Below, piece by piece: positions 24,368-35,800 of a stretch of DNA of 64,000 nt. Source of the stretch: Convolutriloba macropyga (Eukaryota); NCBI RefSeq assembly GCF_964194025.1, contig NC_134472.1:74214001-74278000 (forward strand). The letters are read 5' to 3'. The first letter of the stretch is position 1. Each line of letters starts with the position of its first letter. The translations under genes and the position numbers were made by a program. The notes under the pieces are model-generated. The model saw nothing but the letters and a program-made list of their open reading frames with translations. It was not told the origin of the DNA and ran no database searches.

Positions 24368-26065
24368 GGCCAAAAGAAGAAAATCAAAGAAGAGGACAAA
24401 ATGCTGAATGCCTTAAGACAATGGAGGGTATCTTCAATTCAGAGGTACTACTACATGTGGAAAGAAAGTACTACATTCCAGAAACACAAACGGAAACTAG
24501 AGAAACTCAATAGGAATATTCCAGTATCCCCAAGTGGCCGATTAGCCGAACTGCTCAAGTCGAAAAAGAGGAAAAATTTGACCAAGGATGTGGAACCGAA
24601 ACCTGAAAACGATTCAACGTCTGATGAGACATCTTCAGTAAACAAAGTAGAAGACGTAGATTCAGGCGTAGAATCTGTTCAAGAACCGGTAAAGAAGAGA
24701 CCGAAAATAGCTTTAACACCTGGAATCCTGGGATTGCGAAATTTGGGGAATACTTGCTACCTTAATTCCGTACTTCAAGTCTTAGGACACCTTCTGCCAT
24801 TCACTGAGTTTTTCCTTCGTCTCAATATATCCGGATTCTCTTCGCCACCGGTTTCGCCGACTCCTTTGAATAAATACGATGGGTTATCCGAAAGCCCGCT
24901 GACGATTGAACTGGAATCAGAGCTCTCTCGTCTTACCCAAGAAACGGAAGAATCGATATGTTCTGACAGCGCTGCTTCTAGTATAGCGCGTCGAAGAATC
25001 AAGCGAATGTCAACTTCAGAATGTTATCAGTTAGTGAGTCGTAAAACGTGCAATGGGCTTGAAGGTGGTTCTACTTCGTTAGCGGCAGCTATACGTCACA
25101 GCATGCCTCCGCCTGTAATCGACTCATCTTTAGATACGTCAGAGACCTGTTCCGAAATTGACGACGAAAGCAGTGATGTGGTTTTATCTGAAGAGTTACA
25201 TGCCTTACTTAGAGTTATGTGGGCGGGTAAACATCACTTAGTAGCACCCTTTGGGTTGTTACACAGTGTGTGGAAAACCATTCCATTTTTGAGAGGTCAT
25301 GCTCAACAAGACGCTCAGGAGTTTCTTCAAGTGTTCCTTGATCGAATAGAAAGAGAATTAATAGGGTATTCACCACATGCGAAACTTAGAATTGATAACC
25401 TGTTTTATGGAGAGATCGCTAGCAAAGTTAGCTGTCTAAAATGCAACTCTGAAAGAAAAGTTCTAGAAAGATTCTCAGATTTGCCGCTAGAGTTCCCAGA
25501 ACGATTCCAAAGCAGTAGATGTTCTAAAATGGACACTTGTAACGTCTACGAAATGTTGGCGAATTTTACCAACACAGAGGACTTGGGCCGGGTGTACAAT
25601 TGTGAGGTGTGCAAATCGAACCAAAGATTACGAAGAAAACAAATTTTGACGGATGCTCAGAAACGTCTCATATTTTCCAAGCTGCCAATGGTGCTCACCG
25701 TTCACTTCAAGAGGTTCCGGTGGTTCGGCAGAACTGGGCGAGGGAAGATAAACACGCATGTTGATTTCCCATTCGAATTGGACCTGTCGGAGTATATGGG
25801 TAAAGACAGCAAGGAATCGGCTTTGTATTCATTACAAGCGGTTGTGAGACACCACGGAAGCGGCTTCAGGTCCGGACATTATACTGCCTACTGTTGGAAC
25901 CACACTTCTCAGTTCTGGGTTCACTTTAACGATGCAAAACCCGAGCGATGCACGGAAGAAGATATCAAACAATCTCAAGCCTACATTCTGTTCTACGTGA
26001 AAAAGACACTCGACTCCAAAAGACTCGGAGCCAAGATCCTCAACATAGTTGAAAACTCAAACTGA
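24368..26065 (+). CDS. USP44: USP44/USP49-like exon 4 (peptidase C19 catalytic domain, to stop)
   Basis: Acceptor TTCTAG| is in frame with ORF 24401-26065. Cys box GLRNLGNTCYLNSVLQ, QQDAQEFL, His box HHGSGFRSGHYTAY and WVHFND are present. The four exons total 2097 nt (698 aa plus stop). Confidence 0.95.
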   Translation, partial: GQKKKIKEEDKMLNALRQWRVSSIQRYYYMWKESTTFQKHKRKLEKLNRNIPVSPSGRLAELLKSKKRKNLTKDVEPKPENDSTSDETSSVNKVEDVDSGVESVQEPVKKRPKIALTPGILGLRNLGNTCYLNSVLQVLGHLLPFTEFFLRLNISGFSSPPVSPTPLNKYDGLSESPLTIELESELSRLTQETEESICSDSAASSIARRRIKRMSTSECYQLVSRKTCNGLEGGSTSLAAAIRHSMPPPVIDSSLDTSETCSEIDDESSDVVLSEELHALLRVMWAGKHHLVAPFGLLHSVWKTIPFLRGHAQQDAQEFLQVFLDRIERELIGYSPHAKLRIDNLFYGEIASKVSCLKCNSERKVLERFSDLPLEFPERFQSSRCSKMDTCNVYEMLANFTNTEDLGRVYNCEVCKSNQRLRRKQILTDAQKRLIFSKLPMVLTVHFKRFRWFGRTGRGKINTHVDFPFELDLSEYMGKDSKESALYSLQAVVRHHGSGFRSGHYTAYCWNHTSQFWVHFNDAKPERCTEEDIKQSQAYILFYVKKTLDSKRLGAKILNIVENSN

Positions 26066-26396
26066 TATTACACGATCGCCATTTGAACAATGAGTAATGA
26101 TGGTGATTAGAATTTGCTTTGATGTGATTTTATCGTCCGAATTGTGTGCTTTATTTTATGTCAGGTGGTGTTGAAAGATGTTTTAAAAATATTTTTGTCT
26201 GATAGTTTCTCGTACTCATTTAGTTTCTGTATTCAATTCATTTTCTCCTCTTTATATATTCTTATAATACATTCAAAATGTTTTTAAAAAGATCTCATAC
26301 TCAGTTTTAGCTTACAATGTGGAAGCGTAAATTTTACAAAACTACTGAGCTTCTTGTATGAGTCAGAAAATTTTTAGTTCTCTCAAACAAAATTGT

Positions 26397-26480
26397 ATTA
26401 GTCCCGAGGGTCAAACAAACAAGCAATTATATTAGTCCCGAGGGTCAAACAAACAAGCAATTATATTAGTCCCGAGGGTC
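26397..26480 (+). repeat. About 34-bp tandem repeat, 2.5 copies, within a family A 5' fragment
   Basis: TATTAGTCCCGAGGGTCAAACAAACAAGCAATTA units. Confidence 0.85.
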
Positions 26481-26689
26481 TTTTTTGTCCGATTTTTTAC
26501 CGATATTTATCTGATCTTTTTTTCTGGCCAGCACGACTTTTCATGACTTCTTGGCTTGAGAAAGCGGATGAGATGCTAAAGCCCTTGAACATACATTTGC
26601 TGAGCAGTTTTCTGAGAGCCTTTTTAGTCTCCAAGTATGGGATTTCTGAACGTGCTGAGGACATAAGTTCATGGCGTGAAGTACGATTT

Positions 26690-29600
26690 CTAATTTCTCT
26701 CGAACGGAATTTGAAGCAAGTAATGTAAACGTGCCTGTCTTTTTGTATGTAAAATTTCTACTCGATCGCTTTTGGGCTTTTGTTGTGTAAACGTGCCTGT
26801 CTTTTTGTATGTAAAATTTCTACTCGATCGTTTTTGGGCTTTTGTGGGTTAAACGTGCCTGTCTTTTTGTATGTAAAGATTCGACTCTATCGTTTTTGGG
26901 CTTTTGTGGTGTAAACGTGCCTGTATTTTTGTATGTAAAATTTCTACTCTATCGTTTTTGGGCTTTTGTGGTGTAAACGTGCCTGTCTTTTTGTATGTAA
27001 AATTTCTACTCGATCGTTTTTGCGCTTTTGTTCTGTAAACGTGTCTGTCTTTTTGTATGTAAAATTTCTACTCGATAGTTTTTGGACTTCTGTGGTGTAA
27101 ACGTGCCTGTCTTTTTATGTAAAATTTCTACTCTATCGTTTTTGGGCTTTTGTGGTGTAAACGTGCCTGTCTTTTTGTATGTAAAATTTCTACTCGATTG
27201 TTTTTGCGCTTTTGTTCTGTAAACGTACCTGTCTTTTTGTATGTAAAATTTCTACTCTATCGTTTTAGGGCTTTTGTGGTGTAAACGTGCCTGTCTTTTT
27301 GTATGTAAAATTTCTACTCGATCGTTTTTGGGCTTTTGTGGGTTAAACGTGCCTGTCTTTTTATGTAAAATTTCGACTCTATCGTTTTTGGGCTTTTGTG
27401 GTGTAAACGTGCCTGTCTTTTTGTATGTAAAATTTCTACTCTATCGTTTTTGGGCTTTTGTGGTGTAAACGTGCCTGTCTTTTTGTATGTAAAATTTCTA
27501 CTCGATCGTTTTTGCGCTTTTGTTCTGTAAACGTGTCTGTCTTTTTGTATGTAAAATTTCTACTCGATCGTTTTTGCACTTTTGTGGTGTAAACGTGCCT
27601 GTCTTTTTATGTAAAATTTCTACTCTATCGTTTTTGGGCTTTTGTGGTGTAAACGTGCCTGTCTTTTTGTATGTAAAATTTCTACTCGATTGTTTTTGCG
27701 CTTTTGTTCTGTAAACGTACCTGTCTTTTTGTATGTAAAATTTCTACTCTATCGTTTTAGGGCTTTTGTGGTGTAAACGTGCCTGTCTTTTTGTATGTAA
27801 AATTTCTACTCGATCGTTTTTGGGCTTTTGTGGGTTAAACGTGCCTGTCTTTATATGTAAAATTTCGACTCTATCGCTTTTGGGCTTTTGTGGTGTAAAC
27901 GTGCCTGTCTTTTTGTATGTAAAATTTCTACTCTATCGTTTTTGGGCTTTTGTGGTGTAAACGTGCCTGTCTTTTTGTATGTAAAATTTCTACTCGATCG
28001 TTTTTGCGCTTTTGTTCTGTAAACGTGTCTGTCTTTTTGTATGTAAAATTTCTACTCGATCGTTTTTGCACTTTTGTGGTGTAAACGTGCCTGTCTTTTT
28101 ATGTAAAATTTCTACTCTATCGTTTTTGGGCTTTTGTGGTGTAAACGTGCCTGTCTTTTTGTATGTAAAATTTCTACTCGATTGTTTTTGCGCTTTTGTT
28201 CTGTAAACGTACCTGTATTTTTGTATGTAAAATTTCTACTCTATCGTTTTAGGGCTTTTGTGGTGTAAACGTGCCTGTCTTTTTGTATATAAAAATTCTA
28301 CTCAATCGTTTTTGGGCTTTTGTGGGTTAAACGTGCCTGTCTTTATATGTAAAATTTCGACTCTATCGTTTTTGGGCTTTTGTGGTGTAAACGTGCCTGT
28401 CTTTTTGTATGTAAAATTTCTACTCTATCGTTTTTGGGCTTTTGTGGTGTAAATGTGCCTGTCTTTTTGTATGTAAAATTTCTACTCGATCGTTTTTGCG
28501 CTTTTGTTCTGTAATTGTGCCTGTCTTTTTGTGTGTAAAATTTCAACTCGATCGTTTTTGGGCTTTTGTGGTGTAAACGTGCCTGTCTTTTTGTATGTAA
28601 AATTTCTACTCAATCGTTTTTGGGCTTTTGTGGGTTAAACGTGCCTGTCTTTATATGTAAAATTTCGACTCTATCGTTTTTGGGTTTTTGTGGTGTAAAC
28701 GTGCCTGTCTTTTTGTATGTAAAATTTCTACTCTATCGTTTTTGGGCTTTTGTGGTGTAAACGTGCCTGTCTTTTTGTATGTAAAATTTCTACTCGATCG
28801 TTTTTGCGCTTTTGTTCTGTAATTGTGCCTGTCTTTTTGTGTGTAAAATTTCAACTCGATCGTTTTTGGGCTTTTGTGGTGTAAACGTGCCTGTCTTTTT
28901 GTATGTAAAATTTCTACTCAATCGTTTTTGCGCTTTTGTTCTGCAAACGTGCCTGTCTTTTTGTATCTAAAATTTCTACTCTATCCTTTTTGGGTTTTTG
29001 TGTAAACGTGCCTGTCTTTTTGTATGTAAAATTTCTACTCGATCGTTTTTGGGCTTTTGTGGGTTAAACGTGCCTGTCTTTTTGTATGTAACATTTCGAC
29101 TCTATAGTTTTTGGGCTTTTGTGGTGTAAACGTGCCTGTCTTTTTGTATGTAAAAATTTCTACTCTATCGTTTTTGGGCTTTTTAGTGTAAACGTGCCTG
29201 TCTTTTTGTTTGTAAAATTTCGACTCGATCGTTTTTGGGCTTTTGTTCTGTAAACGTGCCTGTCTTTTTGTATGTAAAATTTCTACTCGATCGTTTTTGA
29301 GCTTTTGTGGTGTAAACGTGCCTGTCTTTTGTTTGTAAAATTTCTACTCGATCGTTTTTGGCCTGTCTTTTTGTATGTAAAATTTCTCGATCGTTTTTGG
29401 CCTGTCTGTTTGTATGTAAAATTTTTACTCAATCGTTTTTGGGCTTTTGTGGTGTAAACGTGCCTGTCTTTTTGTTTGTAAACTTTCTACTCGATCGTTT
29501 TTGGGCTTTTGTTCTGTAAACGAGCCTGTCTTTTTGTATGTAAAATTTTTACTCGATCGTTTTTGGCCTGTCTTTTTGTATGTAAAATTTCTACTCGATC

Positions 29601-30205
29601 GTTTTTGGGCTTTCGTGGTGTAAACGTGCCTGTCTTTTTGTATGTAAAATTTCTACTCTATCGTTTTTGGGCTTTTGTGGTGTAAACGTGCCTGTCTTTT
29701 TGTATGTAAAATTTCTACTCGATCGTTTTTGGGCTTTTGTGGTGTAAACGTGCCTGTCTTTTTGTTTATAAAATTTCTACTCGATCGTTTTTGGGCTTTT
29801 GTTCTGTAAACGTGCCTGTCTTTTTGTATGTAAAATTTTTACTCGATCGTTTTTGCGCTTTTGTTCTAGAACATTCGTTCGCTCTGGAGTGACTATTTGA
29901 GAAATTAGGTCTGTTGCTTAAATAAAAGCTATCCTAAGAAAACTTTCTGAGAATCGACTGAACTTAGAAATGATTTCAAACATGATTTCCCCAATCAAGC
30001 ATACCCTAAATTTATGATTTTAAAAAAATTGTGAGATATCAAAGCATGTGTAGCTTATTGGTTAATGTCAGACTACCACCTGGAAGCTCGCGGATTTGAG
30101 CACGAGTTGGTTTTTTACACCCATTAAGAGTATCTATGCTATAACCCCTTTAATTAATTGGCCTCGCCTTGGTTCGAGAGAAATTTGTCCTTTTGATTTA
30201 TGTTT
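26690..30205 (+). mobile_element. Helentron/DINE-1-like family A copy containing the satellite array
   Basis: Perfect 14-bp inverted repeats AATTTCTCTCGAAC (26692-26705) and GTTCGAGAGAAATT (30172-30185). Degenerate tRNA-like box at ~30051-30103; ends TTTATGTTT like the other copies. Confidence 0.75.
26724..29867 (+). repeat. Satellite array of about 50 monomers of 62 bp (60-bp variants) with higher-order structure
   Basis: Consensus TGTAAACGTGCCTGTCTTTTTGTATGTAAAATTTCTACTCGATCGTTTTTGGGCTTTTGTGG repeated head to tail with no spacers. Confidence 0.98.
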
Positions 30206-32254
30206 GGAAATTATAGATCCAACCACTTTTATCATCCACCAAGCACTGTACGGGCGTAGATTTGCTAAATTACCTTTTTTGGCTCGTTTACTCACGAACC
30301 ACTGATGCCCACGAATTTTCATGCCCCCCCCCCCTCCCTGCACAGTAAACATAGGTCGTCCGGCTATAGTCACAATCTTTACATGGAAAGCAGCCCGGTT
30401 GGCGAAATTCTAATCACTTCTCAATGCAGTTGAATTGAATGGATGCGCGTAACGGGCGCTTATAATGTACCGCATTGGGTTCCTTCCGATAAGTAGCAAT
30501 TTAATTTTCAAATTGCGATCAGATAAATATTTCTAGTATGATGCTAATATATAGGCAATCAGATGGAAACCGGAATGTTGAAACAAAATGAAGAAAAACC
30601 AATGTGAACGTAATGATAGCTTGCTCTTAAACTTAATGATCCATTCAAGTTTTTGTGTTTTTACATTAAAAAATACCGCCTATACTAACTCTTTTGTGGT
30701 AAATCTGCAGGAAAAACAGGTCTCTTAGTAAGTTTGAACGAGGGCGTAAAAGATCAGAAATAGTTTTTTGCCCCCCAAATGTGTTGGTGCAACATTGCAT
30801 GGACCTTTGCTATGAAAAACGTGTTTGATAGAAAGTTTCCAAGTAGGAATAGAGTTTAATACTCTACCTAAAATTCTGGTTTTCATGAAGCAGAGAAAAT
30901 TGGAATTATCTAAGCATTTATCTATTTTTTAATAGCCGCAATTGTTTGTGAGAGATCCATCGAGTAATATTTGCAGTACTGAAAACTTTTGAATAAATTA
31001 AAGATCTCGTAATTAGAGCTAGAATAAGCATTTTAACTCAAGAAGTTCAAAAAATGTACGCAAACGCCGATGAACACAAAAAGAATAGTTTCAGTTTTTA
31101 AAAATATACATAACTCATTACCAAATGAAGAAGCAATTCAGAAAGTAGAAATTTCGACAAGAAAAGTTAAAATTGCAGTTGCGTTTGTTTCTCCGGCATT
31201 ATTTTTGCGACGGAAAATCATTTCTCATATTAGGAGAAGAATTAATAATGCCAATACATATTGTGAACACTTTTTTTATTAAGGCAATGAAAATCAATTT
31301 TTAAAACCAGAAGTAAAAAAAATGCGAACAGTTAATATAACAGCTTACGGAAAATTTGCTTAACATAGAAAACTAAAGCAAAGAAGAAAACAGTAAGAGC
31401 GGTCAAGACTCTCTTGTCTAAGGACCCCATGCAAGCTCAAAAAAGAAAAGAAAGGTTTATTTGTTCTTTGTTCCTCGAGTTCAGGAATCAAAACTGGAGA
31501 ATTTTTTTGAAACTTGAAAAAAGCTGAACTCAATGTTGATTTTGAAATTTTTGTTATTTATGTCATCAAGACAAACTGTGTATAGCAGATACTTTACAAA
31601 AAGAAACAGTCAAATATATAAAAGACTATGATGCAAAAATGGAGTAAACTGTTTAAAAAACTGAATGAACAGCAAAAAGAGCCAAGAAATTGTTCAATTG
31701 GATGAAAATTACTGTCAAAAAACCATGAGTGTTCTATTTCAATCTTTCCATAAACACTCCTGCAGTCTATAAACAATGAGCTACGCAAAATAAAGATCTT
31801 AATGTCAAAATCTTTTAAAAGGTGTCGCCAATTTGGTCTCCATAACTTAAATAAATGCCCGAAAAACCTTGAGTGAGGACTTGCAAACAACTTCAGCGCG
31901 GTCTGTTCTCTGAAGGTTACGACTACTGAGTTTACTACTAAATCATGTTGCTTTTTCGTTACGGAGTGTAGTGCAATGGATTTTCTCAGAGAATTATTAA
32001 TGTTTTTACCTCTTTCGAATTGTAATAATAAATAAAAAACTGTGTCGCTTTGGAAAAAAACTGTTTTTTTTTCAAGAACAACAGTTCTTAACCACTGAAC
32101 ACAAAATGACGGCTTTTATGCCTTTTACTAGAACAAAAAAAACCGTTTCCCATTTTTTAATTGGCATACACTCGAAACACCTAGACATCTAAACTCTCAA
32201 TTATCAGAACTACCAATAAAATCAAGAAAATTATAATGGGACCAATGAATTGCC

Positions 32255-32672
32255 TGTCGTACGCAGGTGAGATTGCGTACTTAATCTTGAGTCGCGAGTG
32301 ACGATTATGTTTTATATCCTAACTTGCGCGGCGAGTGCGCTTTACACAATTTCTAAATGAATCCGCTTAGCGAATCGCTTGGTAATTATTTGTCTACTTT
32401 ACTTGATTAGTAAAGACAGTTAATGCAGAATAAGTTAAACTGAGCAACTGTTCGCGAAGTGCAAAACTAAAAGAGTGAGAATTAAGGCAACTGGTATTAC
32501 AGAAGTCATAACAAACATGAACAATAATTTCCCGCTATGGGAGATGGGAATAACAGACTAGCATGTGAAATAACATTGACTTGTACACATGCCCTTCAGG
32601 AATAAGTACACTAAAATAAATTAAGTACATCGTATAAATTTACTGCACTGAATTAATTTATGATGTATGACA
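32255..32672 (-). repeat. 3' LTR of gypsy element
   Basis: Direct repeat of 39070-39490, adjacent to the polypurine tract. Confidence 0.95.
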
Positions 32673-32838
32673 TTTCTCCCGCTTCAATGAAAATTAAAAT
32701 TGCGTAAAATAAAATTTTAATAACAATATGAATAATATTAAGACTTATTCACCGGTTAAATAGTATCAACAATATATTTACTGGTTATCATAGCTAGTCA
32801 TAATTAATAATGTATCAAGTTTTAATTATTCAAAGTTT

Positions 32839-35800
32839 TCACATGTCTTCTTCATCAATTATGAGCTCATTTGATGTACTGTGATCCGCTGGTTGTATGC
32901 GGAGGCCTGTTGGTGATACCTGTGCTATGATAGGCGATGGAAACTCATTTTCTATGGGTTCAACCCGCGTTTTTGTGTCAACAATTGTTTGTACAACCGA
33001 AGGTTGTATCGATTCAATATCTGCTACGCGTCGTTTCCTGCGGGGTGGAGCAAAGTTCGGGGGACACGAATTAGTGGATTCACCAGACGAGTCTTCTTTA
33101 TCGTATCCAAAATATTTAGGACTTTTTCTAGTCCGTTTTGTTGCTCTTGTCGGTATATGTGGTAATGCTATTGCTGGAGCCGATGGAGATGACAAGATTA
33201 CTTCTGGTTGGTAATTTGTAGGAGGGGGTGCGATTAATACTTCTCCAGTTATGATTTGCTGTTCGGGAGCAGCCTCGGGAATTTCGGGTAATACTTGGGG
33301 AGCGAAATTTTCCGGAATTTTGGGCATAAGTACTCGCATTGCGCGAGCAATGTTTGATTTGTTTGATGAGACACCGCTACCAGTTTCTCGCTTGCGATGC
33401 TTCATTTTTCGGTCTCCCCTTTGTATGCGCGTGGACTCTTTTATGTGGCTAAGTATCTTAGCCTCAGTTGTCTTCTCATGCGTGCGGGGTCCTCGACGGT
33501 TAATATATTCGGTTGATTTTGTTTTCCGTTCTTCCCGAGTACCAAATTTGGCAATATCACTATTGCGCACTGTTACTTCCATTTTCCCCGGTTCGCGAAT
33601 GACAGTAGTGTATTGATCGGTCTTTTGTACCACCGATCCTGGGGCCAACACCTCATACAAACCATCCAGATTTTTCTTTGATCTTTTATGAAGATGTTTC
33701 TTCCGAGCAATGTTCAACTGTACGGCGTGTTCTTTTAGAGGTAGTGGACGATGCGCTTTTGTGGTGCGAAGGAAACGGGATTCATTGTCGGTTGCTAGAC
33801 GTTCACGGGTGGTGGCGTCCTTTGTTGCTTTGCACATGTTGCGCTCGATTTCTTCGTCGCTACGGCTGTTTCCCCAGTGTTCCTCCGGCAACAATTCATT
33901 AGGAGTTAGGGTTTCTTCATCTAAATAATGATTCAAAATTTTATCATAACTTAGATCAGATGACTTTGGTTGAGTACTTATATTTCTAAGCGGTGTATTG
34001 GCTTTGTGCCCAAAGTGAGATTCGAATGGCGAAAGCTTAGTTGTTTTATGTTTACATATGCGAAGCTGGTATATAATTGATTTTAATGCTGCTTTAATGG
34101 TGAAAGAATTTAATTCTTTATTTGCTTCTTTTATACATGCTAAGCGTTGTTTAATAGTACCAATAAGTCTTTCAACTAGTCCTATTGCACGATGGTCATT
34201 CGCCGGAGCTGGTATTAATGTGATATTTTTTTTCATACAAAAATTTTTTACTTGGTTACCTACAAGACAACGAGCTTGGTCTATTCTTAAAGAACGAGGG
34301 ACTCCATGAATTTGTATGTAATTATCTAAAAATTTTATTACATTCGATGCATTTGCATTATCAACTAATTCTGCAGAAGGATATTTTGAAAATCTATCAA
34401 TACATGTTAAAATGTATATTTCATGTTCTTTTTCGTTAGTAATGGGTCCTGCAAAATCTATTTGTATTTCTTGGTTCGGAACTATACATGGTGTATGTGC
34501 TTTAAATTGTTTAGCGGGAATAACAGATTTTAAATTTTTACCGATAGCAGTGCAAGATTTGCACTCTATTGCTTTGACGAGCAAATCACGATTCATTTAT
34601 GGCCACCAGCAGTGCTGAGCCATACATACCATCCCCCAGCTACCTGGGTGACTCACATGCAAATCTTCAATGAGTGCATCTTTGAGCGCGTTCGGTATGG
34701 CTACCTTCTCGTCCATACAAACACATCCGCCAGTCACATGAAGGTCCCGCCAATAGCTATGGAGATACGGGTTGAGGGCCTTTAATCGTTCTTCATCTCC
34801 CCTGATTATGCAATCCCGAACCTCCTTCAGAACTGCATCCTTGCTTGTTAGGGATGCGATTAGCCCTTTGTTGAACACCTTTCCCACCACTTTCTCAAAA
34901 GACACTACTTGGGGGCTATCCGTGAGTGGGGTGCTTAGATTTGAATGAGATGATGGTATGCGTGGCGTGCTTGTTGTTGCATTATCCGTAAATGATACGC
35001 GGGGCGAAGCTCTTGTTGTTCGGGATGAGATGGATTTTCCCTTTAGAGATGAAGCTTGTTGACTTATTGTTGATGAGAGTTGAGTTTTTTCAATTAAATT
35101 AATTGACAAAGAGGAAGACAACTGAATTTCAGGTTCAGTTTGGGCAAAAAGCACTTATTTGATGTTTGTTAATTGAGCACGTGAGTTATTTAAAGTATTT
35201 GAGTGTGGCTTACTAAAGAAGGTAGGAATTTGAGACTGATTTTTGATTGACAAGTGAGAATGACTTATTGGAGCAAATTTAGGAGTATTTTGGTAAGCGA
35301 GTGACGCTTTTCCTGTTTCTACAGGCATTTGAGACTCAATTTGTAAAGGTTTAGTTGTAAATGGTAGACTATGTGACGCAAAATTTAGAATGAATTTGGT
35401 ATTTAGTAACTTGCTTTGCAAAAGAGGCATCTGAGGAATGCAATCGAGTCCTTTGAGTATTTAATAAAGTATTATGCCTTGCGGGTGTTAATTTGTTAAA
35501 TGAAAAGCGTACTCGCGATGCGAGATCAGAATTGGTATTAATTAGTTTGGAAGTGTTTACTTTTGAAGTAGGATATGTATGTGCGAATACTGATTCATTT
35601 TGAGTTGAATGTACTCGCTGATCATGTGCACTAGTACAATTAATACTATTGGTGGGAATAAAAATCGAGTTATACTTTTGATCTGCGAGTGACTTAATAT
35701 TATGAGTTAAGTGTGCGGGCGAGGCGTGTTTACTATACTGATTATTGATTTTAAGGGAGGTTACATTAGAGTTGTATTTTCGCGCCGCGAGATTTGAAGT

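Noticed and set aside
26724-29867. CRISPR-like array, or protein-coding repeats (64-aa ORFs)
   Set aside because: Monomers are contiguous with no unique spacers, there are no cas genes and the context is eukaryotic. The ORFs are by-products of the satellite.
32897-34618. Plus-strand ORFs over the gypsy integrase
   Set aside because: Antisense shadows of the pol frame.
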